Source of the DNA: a virus
Taxonomy: Duplodnaviria > Caudoviricetes
DNA: 44,675 nt
Strand: one strand, 5' to 3'
Virus record (IMG/VR): IMGVR_UViG_3300020426_000008
Span: 1-44,675 of that record
Shown: positions 1 through 8,020 of the stretch, piece after piece
How positions within the stretch are numbered: position 1 is the stretch's first letter
How the letters are laid out: every line of letters begins with the position of its first letter
The notes under the pieces: model-generated
Seen by the model: only the letters and a program-made list of their open reading frames with translations
What the model was told of the DNA's origin: nothing
The model's database searches: none
Translations under genes and position numbers: made by a program

Positions 1-1
1 T

Positions 2-76
2 GCCCGGGTAGCTCAGTGGTAGAGCAGACGATTGAAAATCGTCGTGTCGGTGGTTCGACTCCGCCCCTGGGCACCA
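2..76 (+). tRNA. tRNA-Phe(GAA), integration target
   Basis: Cloverleaf GCCCGGG..CCTGGGC acceptor, anticodon arm GACGA-TTGAAAA-TCGTC, GGTTCGACTCC T-arm, encoded CCA. Confidence 0.97.
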
Positions 77-77
77 C
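60..77 (+). repeat. attL core TCCGCCCCTGGGCACCAC
   Basis: Identical to 44155-44172. Confidence 0.95.
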
Positions 78-100
78 CCCTTTCTGAAAATCGTTGTGAA

Positions 101-1210
101 TTAATCATTTAGGGCCTCGGATTTGTCCAACTTTGGGCGCGGGGCTGAATGGTTGGACAATTCAAGCGCCTCGATACGGTCCATCACCTTGTCCGACATC
201 GCGTTGCGCTCGGCCTTTTTCCGGTAGCCTATGAAGGTGTCCGCCTTCTTGTGGCCCGTCACCGATTGCCCTTCTGCGTCGGTAGATCCCGTTTCCGCTG
301 CTCGCCTTGCCAATGCCTTGCGCAGTCCGTGGATCGTGCAATGCGGCAATCCTGCGTCATCCGCCCACTTGCGGAAGCGGTTGCCTAATCCCCCAACTGA
401 GAACGGCTTGCCGAACTGCGTCACAACCAGATGGCGAATCGGAGCGGCGGGCAAAGCCTCTAGCGCCTCTCGCGTGGTCGCCAGCATCCGAACGCTTGCT
501 TCGTTGCCGTCCTTCGCGTGTTGCGTGATGATCCGGCCTTGCTTGATGTCGTCGCGGGTTAGCTCAGCCACGTTACACTTTCGGGCGGCTGTATTGAGCG
601 CCAACTCTAGCGTCAGTCGCGCCATAGTGCCGATTGGATGCGTTGCGCGGAATTGGGCGATCTCTTCCTCAGTCCAAGTGTGAAACTCACTCTGTGGGCC
701 GTAGGGGTCTGTCAGTCGGGCATTGTTGACGTTGACCCAGCCCCGCTTGATGCCGTGCTGTAGCAAGACCGCCAGTTTCTTGCGCAGGTCGTCCGCCGCC
801 CCCGGCTTTTCGTGCATGGCCGAGAAAATGGCCTCTAGCCATCCTACGGTTACATCCTTCACCGGACGTTCGCCGTAGCGCCGCCCTCGCCCATCCACCC
901 TATCGAGGAAACGCTCGTAAACGCGGGATTGCGCATACTTGGTTCGCTCGGCTTTCTTCTGCCAAGCGTTGGTCCTCTTCATGCCTCGGTATAGATCGTC
1001 CAGGCTGCCCTCTTTGACCGAACGCGGGGATGCGACGGGGGCTTTATCTGTTTTGCCTTCAAGGGCCAGCGCCAAGGATGCGTAGAACTCCCGCGTCCCC
1101 GGCTTGCCTTTGAGGTATCTGCTCGGATGCCCGACCTTGCGGAAGCGATAGCGCGTCTTGCCGTGCCGGTCCTTCACAGGGCGCACGTTGTCGGGCAGCT
1201 TAAATGTCAT
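101..1210 (-). CDS. int: Tyrosine recombinase/integrase
   Basis: Catalytic motifs NTAAR, HGLRK, TGHK..Y; adjacent to attL; ATG at 1210 chosen (MTFKLPDNV). Confidence 0.95.
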   Translation of the reverse strand: MTFKLPDNVRPVKDRHGKTRYRFRKVGHPSRYLKGKPGTREFYASLALALEGKTDKAPVASPRSVKEGSLDDLYRGMKRTNAWQKKAERTKYAQSRVYERFLDRVDGRGRRYGERPVKDVTVGWLEAIFSAMHEKPGAADDLRKKLAVLLQHGIKRGWVNVNNARLTDPYGPQSEFHTWTEEEIAQFRATHPIGTMARLTLELALNTAARKCNVAELTRDDIKQGRIITQHAKDGNEASVRMLATTREALEALPAAPIRHLVVTQFGKPFSVGGLGNRFRKWADDAGLPHCTIHGLRKALARRAAETGSTDAEGQSVTGHKKADTFIGYRKKAERNAMSDKVMDRIEALELSNHSAPRPKLDKSEALND

Positions 1211-1370
1211 CGTCGGTCCATTCGTTGGCGTCAGGCTCGGGGCCTGCGTCGCCAATAATGATGTCGATGCGCCTTTTGTCAAAATGCAGCACAACACGCC
1301 CGCCAAACTTCGCCGCCGCCTTAGTGGCGCGGTCGATGTCAGCCTGCGTAAGTCGTGCGGGGGCGGTCAC
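1200..1370 (-). CDS. 56-aa protein upstream of int, candidate excisionase
   Basis: Manually translated MTAPARLTQADIDRATKAAAKFGG...EWTDDDI; GGAG RBS; overlaps int start; not in ORF track. Confidence 0.6.
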   Translation of the reverse strand: MTAPARLTQADIDRATKAAAKFGGRVVLHFDKRRIDIIIGDAGPEPDANEWTDDDI

Positions 1371-1371
1371 A

Positions 1372-1584
1372 TTACTCTCCGTTGAGGTACTTGCGGACGG
1401 CTAGGCCGGTTTCGGTGAGCGTGATGCTATCCACGGTCGTAACTCACGGCACCGTCTCGAAGCTCGACACCAGCCCGATCCGGCATAGGCCGCGCGCCCG
1501 CAAAGGAGTGCAGCCATGGCCGTGCTTGATTGCAGCGCGAGCGGCGGGGGCCAGTGTTGAGGCTATCTCAGCGATCTTATCCAT
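1372..1584 (-). pseudogene. Small ORF interrupted by in-frame TGA at 1444-1446
   Basis: MDKIAEIAST...FETVP*VTTVDSITLTETGLAVRKYLNGE; the distal part ends exactly at the next RBS. Confidence 0.5.
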
Positions 1585-1975
1585 TGTGTGCCTCCTGTGC
1601 CCTTAGTGCAGCAGCGCAGAGAGCAAGGGCGGGGGGGGCTGCTTCTCTCGCAAAATATAGAGGTGACGTTCCTTTGAAGCATCGCCCTACGGGTTTCGGG
1701 TTGGTTGGGTGCCCTTCCCTTGGGATACTAATTTCAGCATCCCACCCCTCCGGCACCAGCGTCATCGCGGAGTCGATTGAGGATGTGTAGTGGGGGAGTT
1801 CACGGGCCGCCCCGTCGAGGCTGTAATAATCGCGCTCAAGCACGAAATCCTCGTCCTTCCCGAAGAAATAGTCCCCGTCGCGTTCCATGCCGAGAACCGT
1901 CACGGCAATCTCCGCGTCCATCTCCCGACACGCCCCCTCAAGTGCTTCGATACGTTCTGCTATACTCTTAGACAT
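1577..1975 (-). CDS. Phage ABA-sandwich-like domain protein
   Basis: REMDAEIA...PHYTSSIDSAMTLVPEGW...PALALCAAAL pattern. Confidence 0.65.
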   Translation of the reverse strand: MSKSIAERIEALEGACREMDAEIAVTVLGMERDGDYFFGKDEDFVLERDYYSLDGAARELPHYTSSIDSAMTLVPEGWDAEISIPREGHPTNPKPVGRCFKGTSPLYFAREAAPPALALCAAALRAQEAHNG

Positions 1976-1999
1976 GAGATTTACTCCGACTGTATTCTG

Positions 2000-2074
2000 G
2001 CGATGGCCGCGCTTTCACCCTTTCGGGCCACGCCTGCTTCGCGTCGTGGCGCTTCGCGTTTCAATCGCTATCGC
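2000..2074 (-). repeat. Structured GNA-hairpin element, copy A
   Basis: Minus strand GCGATAGCGATTGAAA...GAAAGCGCGGCCATCGC; homologous to 2999-3080 and 42861-42939. Confidence 0.8.
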
Positions 2075-2077
2075 GGA

Positions 2078-2983
2078 TCATGCCAGCGGCACTCCAAAGC
2101 CCGCTGCGTTGCGATGCCCTCCCCCGCCAAACTTGCGGGCAATTTCGGACACATCGAGGCGTTCGTCACGGGACCGTAGTGAGAAGCCGCGCTCCCTTCC
2201 TTGGTCGGAATAACAGGCCACGAACGGCGCGTCGGGGTGGTCGTCTAGCAGCTTGTGACCCACTTCGCTGGCGAACATGGGCGGGCAGTTGCAGAGCGGG
2301 ACCGTGTGGCCCCCAACGTCACCCTTGCGTGATAGGCTGGCAATCTCGCTGACTTTCTGATCGAAGAACCGTTGCATCGCCCGTGCCTCGGACAGAAGAC
2401 GCTCGCTGTCTCGCCCGTCCATCAAAGCCTGATTGATTTCCTTCCAGCGTTCAAAGTCGAAAGGCTCGCTGCGAAGCCAAAGCCCGAACGGCTTTGTGTC
2501 GTCGAAGTTAAAGCGCCAGAGGTCGCGATCTTCGATAAGCTCAATAAGACGCGGGGCGGGCTGGTCGTGGCAGAACTCCCACACCATGCGCGCGCCAGAG
2601 CGATTCATATCGAACAACGCCACAACGGGTATGCCTTGATGGTCATCAAAGAAGCGAACCGTTTTCATCGGATCGCCGCCCGCCCAAAAATCGCCAGCCA
2701 CGTCAGTATGACTGAAGTTTCGAAGATCGTCTTGTGCCGTCTTATGATGGTCAAGCACAATCAAGGACTTGACCTGCTTACCCAGCTCACAGAGCGCGTC
2801 AAACTTGTAGCTGAAATCGCCGATCAGGACATGCTTGCCCGCGAGGTCCGTAGGCGGTTCCTGCCCGTAGCTGACAGGTCGATAATCAACCTCATCACCC
2901 CACTTCATCCAAGCGGCCCACGCCGCACCGAATCCGTCCGCACAATGCGCGTGGTACAGCATAATGTCAGGCTGATAGCCCAT
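2078..2983 (-). CDS. DHH/DHHA1 family phosphoesterase
   Basis: YHAHCADG, DFS, LDHHKTA, EDRDLW, GGGGHRNAAGF motifs. Confidence 0.9.
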   Translation of the reverse strand: MGYQPDIMLYHAHCADGFGAAWAAWMKWGDEVDYRPVSYGQEPPTDLAGKHVLIGDFSYKFDALCELGKQVKSLIVLDHHKTAQDDLRNFSHTDVAGDFWAGGDPMKTVRFFDDHQGIPVVALFDMNRSGARMVWEFCHDQPAPRLIELIEDRDLWRFNFDDTKPFGLWLRSEPFDFERWKEINQALMDGRDSERLLSEARAMQRFFDQKVSEIASLSRKGDVGGHTVPLCNCPPMFASEVGHKLLDDHPDAPFVACYSDQGRERGFSLRSRDERLDVSEIARKFGGGGHRNAAGFGVPLA

Positions 2984-2998
2984 GGTTCATTTCTCCTT

Positions 2999-3080
2999 GC
3001 AAAAGCGATTGATGCGCGCAGCGGCGAAACTGCGCAGCAGGTTCGACCCGAAGGGCGAAAGCGCGGGCCGCAGGCTTTGC
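2999..3080 (+). repeat. Structured GNA-hairpin element, copy B
   Basis: GCAAAAGCGATTGATG...GAAAGCGCGGGCCGCAGGCTTTGC. Confidence 0.8.
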
Positions 3081-3111
3081 CAAAACCCGGTCGGTTGATT
3101 ACTACAGACCA

Positions 3112-3597
3112 TCACACCCGCTCCTTGAGGTTGCGAGAAACAAGCCGGTAGCCTTCCCATGCCTCTTCTGCTGCACTGGTGCTGTCGTAGGCGTCCGGGA
3201 CCATGTGCGCCGCGCGATAGCCAGCTACGAACGCCGCACGCTCCGCCGCTTCTTCCAGCACTACATCCCCATCCTTGAGTGCTGCGAGGATAATTTGCTC
3301 TACGCGCCCGCGTAGGGCTTCAAGCGTAGCCATAAGGTTTGCGTCGGCATCTTCGGTCGCGTCCTGCCACTTTTCATACCAGTCGCCACGCAACCAGTCG
3401 GCCTCCACCAGCCCGGTAGCCTTTGGTGCTGGGCGGGTGTTCCATGCGGCTTTGGCGGCTTCACGATTTGAATAGGCTGTAGTGCAGGAGCTACAGTAGC
3501 CGCACTTCACCCAATGCTCGGCGGGATAGCCGAAACGGGTGTCAGCTTGGACCGCCTCACCCCCACAAAACGGGCACGGCTTCAATTCCTCGCTCAT
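3112..3597 (-). CDS. Lar-family restriction alleviation-like protein
   Basis: N-terminal EELKPCPFCGG...VKCGYC...AAKAAWNTR. Confidence 0.8.
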   Translation of the reverse strand: MSEELKPCPFCGGEAVQADTRFGYPAEHWVKCGYCSSCTTAYSNREAAKAAWNTRPAPKATGLVEADWLRGDWYEKWQDATEDADANLMATLEALRGRVEQIILAALKDGDVVLEEAAERAAFVAGYRAAHMVPDAYDSTSAAEEAWEGYRLVSRNLKERV

Positions 3598-3728
3598 CGT
3601 TCGTTCCTTCCGAATATCCTGTGATCGACCGCGCTCTTGAGGGCGATGAACTTGGCGCGGTCCATCCATCCTTCAATCACGGCCATGCGTGCGGCTACCT
3701 CAAGGGGCAGGTTGGGGGCGCGGGTCAT
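3594..3728 (-). CDS. Hypothetical protein (44 aa)
   Basis: ATGA-coupled to both neighbours, GGAGG RBS. Confidence 0.5.
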   Translation of the reverse strand: MTRAPNLPLEVAARMAVIEGWMDRAKFIALKSAVDHRIFGRNER

Positions 3729-3967
3729 GTGCGCCTCCCGCAGCGCAGCTTGCGCCGAAGTCGCCAAGTGAGGTTGGACAGCTTGCGGTGCAGCTCGCCG
3801 TTGCGATTCAAGACGATTGGGCAGGGTCGTCCCCGCCCAAGGCCAACCGTCCAGCGCAGGGGGTTGTATTTGATACGGGCGGGGGTCCGGTTGTAGTCTG
3901 CGCCAGTATGGCAGCAGATGTAGCCCCAGCGCCCGTTGGCGACGAAACAGGTGGGGTCGAACATCAT
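3725..3967 (-). CDS. Hypothetical basic protein
   Basis: Coupled ORF with GGAG RBS. Confidence 0.55.
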   Translation of the reverse strand: MMFDPTCFVANGRWGYICCHTGADYNRTPARIKYNPLRWTVGLGRGRPCPIVLNRNGELHRKLSNLTWRLRRKLRCGRRT

Positions 3968-4170
3968 CCATTCTCCATCTGATTAAGCAGCGCAGCATTG
4001 TGTGCGAGCAAGGCATCTGCCCGCGCCATGCTGGCCTGAATGCTGTCGATTGCGGTGATTGCCGCGTCATGCTGTGCGATCACTCCTGCGAGGGCGGCGG
4101 GCCTCCACATGCTTTCGCGCAGATCCCGTGCAGCAAGCTCGTCCTGGCGGTGTTGCTGGCGGATGCTCAT
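3964..4170 (-). CDS. Hypothetical protein
   Basis: ATGA-coupled ORF. Confidence 0.55.
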   Translation of the reverse strand: MSIRQQHRQDELAARDLRESMWRPAALAGVIAQHDAAITAIDSIQASMARADALLAHNAALLNQMENG

Positions 4171-4496
4171 GGCTGGCTCTCGCGGTGGGCTGCGAGGGCG
4201 GCATCAGCATTCGAGATTGCGTTTGAAACAACGTCATTCTCTCGCGCAGTCATTCTCCAAGCGTTGTGCGCCTTGAATTGGAATAAGGCTTCTCGGCTTT
4301 CTCCCAACGCATCCACCAGCTTTTGCACTGCTTCGGTCTGTGCTGTTGTGGAGGCGAGGTGCGCCGAATGAACGAACCTCTGCGAATGGCTCGCCGGGTG
4401 GTTGTGGCCCATGCTGTCCTTGCAGCGTTCGCCTTTGGCAGCGCCACAAATTGGGCACCCCATATCGACCCAGCCCTGCGTCACATTATCCTGCAT
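4167..4496 (-). CDS. Zinc-finger protein
   Basis: CPICGAAKGERC...HSQR; GGAGG RBS. Confidence 0.65.
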   Translation of the reverse strand: MQDNVTQGWVDMGCPICGAAKGERCKDSMGHNHPASHSQRFVHSAHLASTTAQTEAVQKLVDALGESREALFQFKAHNAWRMTARENDVVSNAISNADAALAAHRESQP

Positions 4497-4800
4497 GGCT
4501 GTCCTCCTTGCGGGCGAGTTCGATCTTTCGCACTTCAAGGCCGCGATCCTTAAGCTCGCTCCGCAGCAATTCGGTCTGTTCGCGGGTGTCGTAACGCCCC
4601 ATTTCCACAACGGCCTTGAGCGCCTCGTAAAGATCATCGACCGGCGGCTCTTCATGCTCCGCGATGTGGGCGGCGAACAACCGAACGGCACGCGCGTAAG
4701 TTGCATCTCTCCAGTCCGAGAAGGGCTTTTGGTCGGGGTTAACACCGCAACGTTTCAACGCCTCGTCAATCGCCCACTCGGGCACCTTCTCATTCTGCAT
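4486..4800 (-). CDS. Hypothetical protein
   Basis: MQNEKVPEWAIDEALKR...; AGGAG RBS. Confidence 0.6.
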   Translation of the reverse strand: MQNEKVPEWAIDEALKRCGVNPDQKPFSDWRDATYARAVRLFAAHIAEHEEPPVDDLYEALKAVVEMGRYDTREQTELLRSELKDRGLEVRKIELARKEDSHAG

Positions 4801-5044
4801 GATCTGTCTCCTGACTTGTGGGGGCTTCGATCTCCGCCCAGCATTCGGGGCAGTAGGTGCAGCCTGTGTATGGGTCGCTGCGCACCCAGCCTTCGGGGAA
4901 CGGCGCGTCATCCAGCGTCGGATGCTCCCAGACACCAAGGCCGTAACCCTTGCCGCTGAAGCTGCGGAACTGGCGATGGGGGACGGTGTGCGGGCCAGTC
5001 TCGACATGGCACCCGTCACAAGAGAGTGTGATGCGAACGGTCAT
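4790..5044 (-). CDS. Cys-rich hypothetical protein
   Basis: CDGC and CPEC pairs. Confidence 0.65.
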   Translation of the reverse strand: MTVRITLSCDGCHVETGPHTVPHRQFRSFSGKGYGLGVWEHPTLDDAPFPEGWVRSDPYTGCTYCPECWAEIEAPTSQETDHAE

Positions 5045-5448
5045 GCCGACACCGGAGCCACACGCGGCGTCACGAACCTGTCAGGCTCCCCAAGCGCAGA
5101 ACGAAGCACAGCCGACACGCTCGGGATCGCGCCCGTAAGCTCGACCATCTGCATAAAGTAGCTGTTGTCGCCCTGTATCTCGGCTTCGATAGCTGCCTTC
5201 TCGGTCATGCCGACCTGACGCTCGATCCATGCCTTGCGGTATTGCTCCAGCATCTCCCGCTGTTCGCAGGCGCGGTCGGTCGTGCCGTAAATCTCGAAAA
5301 CATCGCCAGCCAAGCCGCGCGGGGTAATCGCAACGGTCTTGCGTTCGATGAATTGCTCGGGATCAACCGATGCGAGGATTGCAGCGGGGGCAGGCTCCAT
5401 GTGCCAGTCAGCTACGGATGCCTTGGTGAAGGTGGCGGGGGCGGTCAC
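5041..5448 (-). CDS. Hypothetical protein
   Basis: Coupled ORF, 135 aa. Confidence 0.6.
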   Translation of the reverse strand: MTAPATFTKASVADWHMEPAPAAILASVDPEQFIERKTVAITPRGLAGDVFEIYGTTDRACEQREMLEQYRKAWIERQVGMTEKAAIEAEIQGDNSYFMQMVELTGAIPSVSAVLRSALGEPDRFVTPRVAPVSA

Positions 5449-5957
5449 TGGCTTGACCCTCGACCATCCACACTACGGCGCAGAGCGTCCCGCGCGATGG
5501 ACTTGGAAGCCGCACAGCAATCGGGGTCAGCGATGATGCTGGCCAGCGCGCCTCTGAGCCTAGGTGACATATCATGCGTATCTCGGGGATTGGCTTGATA
5601 TGTCGTGCACTCGAACTTTAGCGCGCCCTCGAACGGTTGCCGCGACCACTTGCGAATGCGCTCGCCACCGTGGGCGCGGGGGCTTTCGGCAAACTGGATA
5701 TAGAGCGTTCCGTTGTGCGGGGGCATGGGCAGTGCTGGTTCTGCGACTCCCCATGCCCCCGCTTCCATAAGCGGCTGCGCTGTCAAGGCGCTGGAACCGA
5801 TGTGCGTGTCTTCAAGTCGGGCAGCTATTTCGAGAAATGCGCGACCGCGAGCAATCGCAGCCATGTCGTCTTGCAGGTCGCCACGCGCTTCGACGCGCTG
5901 ACCCTCTTCGGCCAAATCACCAATCAAGTGCCGGAAGTTTAGGAAAAAATAACTCAT
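5445..5957 (-). CDS. Hypothetical protein
   Basis: MSYFFLNFRH start after AAGGTG; coupled to neighbours. Confidence 0.55.
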   Translation of the reverse strand: MSYFFLNFRHLIGDLAEEGQRVEARGDLQDDMAAIARGRAFLEIAARLEDTHIGSSALTAQPLMEAGAWGVAEPALPMPPHNGTLYIQFAESPRAHGGERIRKWSRQPFEGALKFECTTYQANPRDTHDMSPRLRGALASIIADPDCCAASKSIARDALRRSVDGRGSSQ

Positions 5958-6145
5958 GGCATCACCTTCAGGCAATTGCCGCAGCTCACATCGCTTTGTC
6001 CGCGAAGTTGCCAGCAGGTGCTTACGTGTATTGGATTGCCGCGTTTTCTTTCGACAACGCGAGATTCTCCTCTGCCAAGCCGCTCTGCGATAACCATGCC
6101 GCATGCGGTCTCAACGCCGAGAGCGGAGACGGCGTGTATTTTCAT
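5954..6145 (-). CDS. Hypothetical Cys-containing protein
   Basis: ATGA-coupled ORF, CGNC motif. Confidence 0.55.
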   Translation of the reverse strand: MKIHAVSALGVETACGMVIAERLGRGESRVVERKRGNPIHVSTCWQLRGQSDVSCGNCLKVMP

Positions 6146-6333
6146 GCCGACACCTGTTCACGCTGCCACTGGGCAAGCGTTTGCCGAACATGGGCCGCAA
6201 CATCCAAGTCGCGCCCCCCATTGAGCTCGATGTCAAAAAGCGTCCGAGCGAACTCCATGCATCGCATCGCGTCGGCAACCGTGCCGCAGCGGGGGTTCCA
6301 AGGAACTGGGTTCTGTGTCTCGTCCTTCGCCAT
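6142..6333 (-). CDS. First gene of leftward early operon, hypothetical
   Basis: AAAGGAG RBS downstream of PL. Confidence 0.65.
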   Translation of the reverse strand: MAKDETQNPVPWNPRCGTVADAMRCMEFARTLFDIELNGGRDLDVAAHVRQTLAQWQREQVSA

Positions 6334-6406
6334 CTCTAGTCTCCTTTGCCAAGTGGCAGGAGCTCGAGGGCGATCGGCCGCGGGCTCCCGTTACAGGAGC
6401 CTATCT

Positions 6407-6443
6407 ATAGGCGGACCTATAGGCTGTCAATAGGTATTATTAT
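6407..6443 (-). promoter_or_regulatory. PL promoter (TTGACA -35 at 6425-6430) with OL operators
   Basis: ATAGG-N4-CCTAT at 6407-6420 (perfect) and 6430-6443 (degenerate). Confidence 0.75.
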
Positions 6444-6445
6444 AG

Positions 6446-7111
6446 TTAGATGCGACGCCCTATCCAGACGACGCGACCGATAACCTGCATTTCCCCGTCG
6501 AAACACTCGATCGGCGTGACGTTCGGGTTGTCGGACATAAGGAGATAGCTGCCCTGGGGTGTTCGGCGCACACGCTTGATCATGCCGAGTTCGCCGTAGC
6601 TGACCGCCCAGATGCGATCCTGCGCGCGGACGGTTTGCTGCGCGCTATCGATGAGCACTATGTCGCCGTCTTTCAACGTGGGCTCCATGCTATCACCGTC
6701 ACCACGCGCGACGAATAGCTCGCTCACATGGCCGCTCATCATGGTGCGCAGCCATCCGCGCGAGAACGGCACGATGCCGGTTTGCTCGTATTGCTCAGAT
6801 AAAGTCGTGCCCCCACCCATCGAAAAACCGATGTCGTATTCCGGAAGCACGGCGAGATCGAGTTCGTCGGCCAGCGCGTCGACAGCGGACTTGCGCGGCG
6901 CAACCGGTGACGGATCATCTGTCTCGCCAGCCAACCATGCCGGCGAAGTCTCAAGCTCTGCTGCGATAACGTGCAGGTGCTTAGACCCCGCCGCCCCGCC
7001 CTTGATCAGCGCGTTGATTGTCGGCTGCGATACCTTAACCCGGCGCGCCAGTTCCGATTGCGAAATGTCGAGCGCATCGAGGCGCTCCCTGATTCGATCA
7101 CCGATAGTCAC
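6446..7111 (-). CDS. cI: CI-like repressor (XRE HTH + S24 peptidase)
   Basis: ISQSELARRVKVSQPTI HTH; GDSMEP and IKRV catalytic motifs; start codon uncertain. Confidence 0.93.
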   Translation of the reverse strand: MTIGDRIRERLDALDISQSELARRVKVSQPTINALIKGGAAGSKHLHVIAAELETSPAWLAGETDDPSPVAPRKSAVDALADELDLAVLPEYDIGFSMGGGTTLSEQYEQTGIVPFSRGWLRTMMSGHVSELFVARGDGDSMEPTLKDGDIVLIDSAQQTVRAQDRIWAVSYGELGMIKRVRRTPQGSYLLMSDNPNVTPIECFDGEMQVIGRVVWIGRRI

Positions 7112-7123
7112 GCATTCCACTAT

Positions 7124-7188
7124 ATAGGAACGCCTATCATCGGAAATATCGGTTTGCCTATTGACAGACCTATAGGCGTCGCTATAGC
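7124..7188 (+). promoter_or_regulatory. OR operators (three) and PR promoter
   Basis: ATAGG-N4-CCTAT-like boxes at 7124, 7148, 7172; TTGACA at 7161-7166; TATAGC at 7183-7188. Confidence 0.8.
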
Positions 7189-7196
7189 TAGGCGTC

Positions 7197-7412
7197 ATGG
7201 AACACGCCCTTCAACTCGCGCTGGATAAGGCAGGCAGTCAAGTTCGCCTCGCCGAAATCTGCGGCGTCTCGCAGCCGACCGTATGGGGTTGGCTCAAGAC
7301 GAAAAAGCCCCGCCTTCCGGCGGAATACGTCCTCAAGGTGGAAGCGGCTCTCGGCGTTTCGCGGCACGAACTCCGCCCCGATATATACCCGGCGCAGGAC
7401 GCGGCAGCATGA
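7197..7412 (+). CDS. cro: Cro/YdaS-like repressor
   Basis: GSQVRLAEICGVSQPTVWGW HTH, GVSRHELRPDIY; divergent from cI. Confidence 0.9.
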   Translation: MEHALQLALDKAGSQVRLAEICGVSQPTVWGWLKTKKPRLPAEYVLKVEAALGVSRHELRPDIYPAQDAAA

Positions 7413-7546
7413 AGCTCCCCCGCCTCTATCTCAACGGCCGCCGCGTCAGCTTCAACGCCACGCGTGTCGTCGCCCCCGCCAATCATGGCCCGATGTGCAA
7501 CTGCTGGCAGTGCGAACACGGCTTCGGACCGGACGACGCCGCATGA
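7409..7546 (+). CDS. Hypothetical protein (45 aa)
   Basis: ATGA-coupled to cro; H..CNC..C motif. Confidence 0.5.
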   Translation: MKLPRLYLNGRRVSFNATRVVAPANHGPMCNCWQCEHGFGPDDAA

Positions 7547-7674
7547 ACTGGCTGCTCGCATATCTCGCCGCCATTCCGGTTGGCCTCGTTGCGCTGTTCT
7601 GGCTCGCCGCCCGCGCGCCGCTCGGATCGGAAGACGAACAGGGCTTCCATCTCGGCAAGCAGGAGGGTGAGTGA
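7543..7674 (+). CDS. Small single-pass membrane protein
   Basis: MNWLLAYLAAIPVGLVALFWLAARAPLGSEDEQGFH..., manually translated. Confidence 0.55.
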   Translation: MNWLLAYLAAIPVGLVALFWLAARAPLGSEDEQGFHLGKQEGE

Positions 7675-8020
7675 ATGAACCGCTGCCCGTCCGCTCTCGC
7701 CGCCGTGCGCGTCGCCCTCGCCCAGCCTTTCGCCGATCCGGTGAACGTGGGCGGCATCCCCATGCGCCGCGCCGAAGCTCGTGCTCTCGAACGCCTTCTC
7801 ACCAGTAAGCCCGCGCGTCGCTCGCAAGACGCAACGGCCAGCGCCGCCCGAAGCCTGTCCCCCTTGGCCGACGGCGGCGCAACCCTCTCCATGCCGCGCA
7901 CTTCGGGTCGCGCGGTGGACTGCGCCGGGGAGGGTTCTCTCTCCTCCACTGCCCTTCCCGGCGCCTTTGTCGAACCTTCTGACCATGACCGCTCTTGTGA
8001 ACGAAAGGGTCAACACGATC

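Noticed and set aside
2000-2074. Element as a simple intrinsic terminator or tRNA remnant
   Set aside because: No U-tract, occurs in both orientations, no T-loop/anticodon arm or CCA.
2999-3080. Hammerhead ribozyme (TTGATG..GAAAC resemblance)
   Set aside because: Lacks the CUGAnGA core, and the resemblance is not kept in copies A and C.
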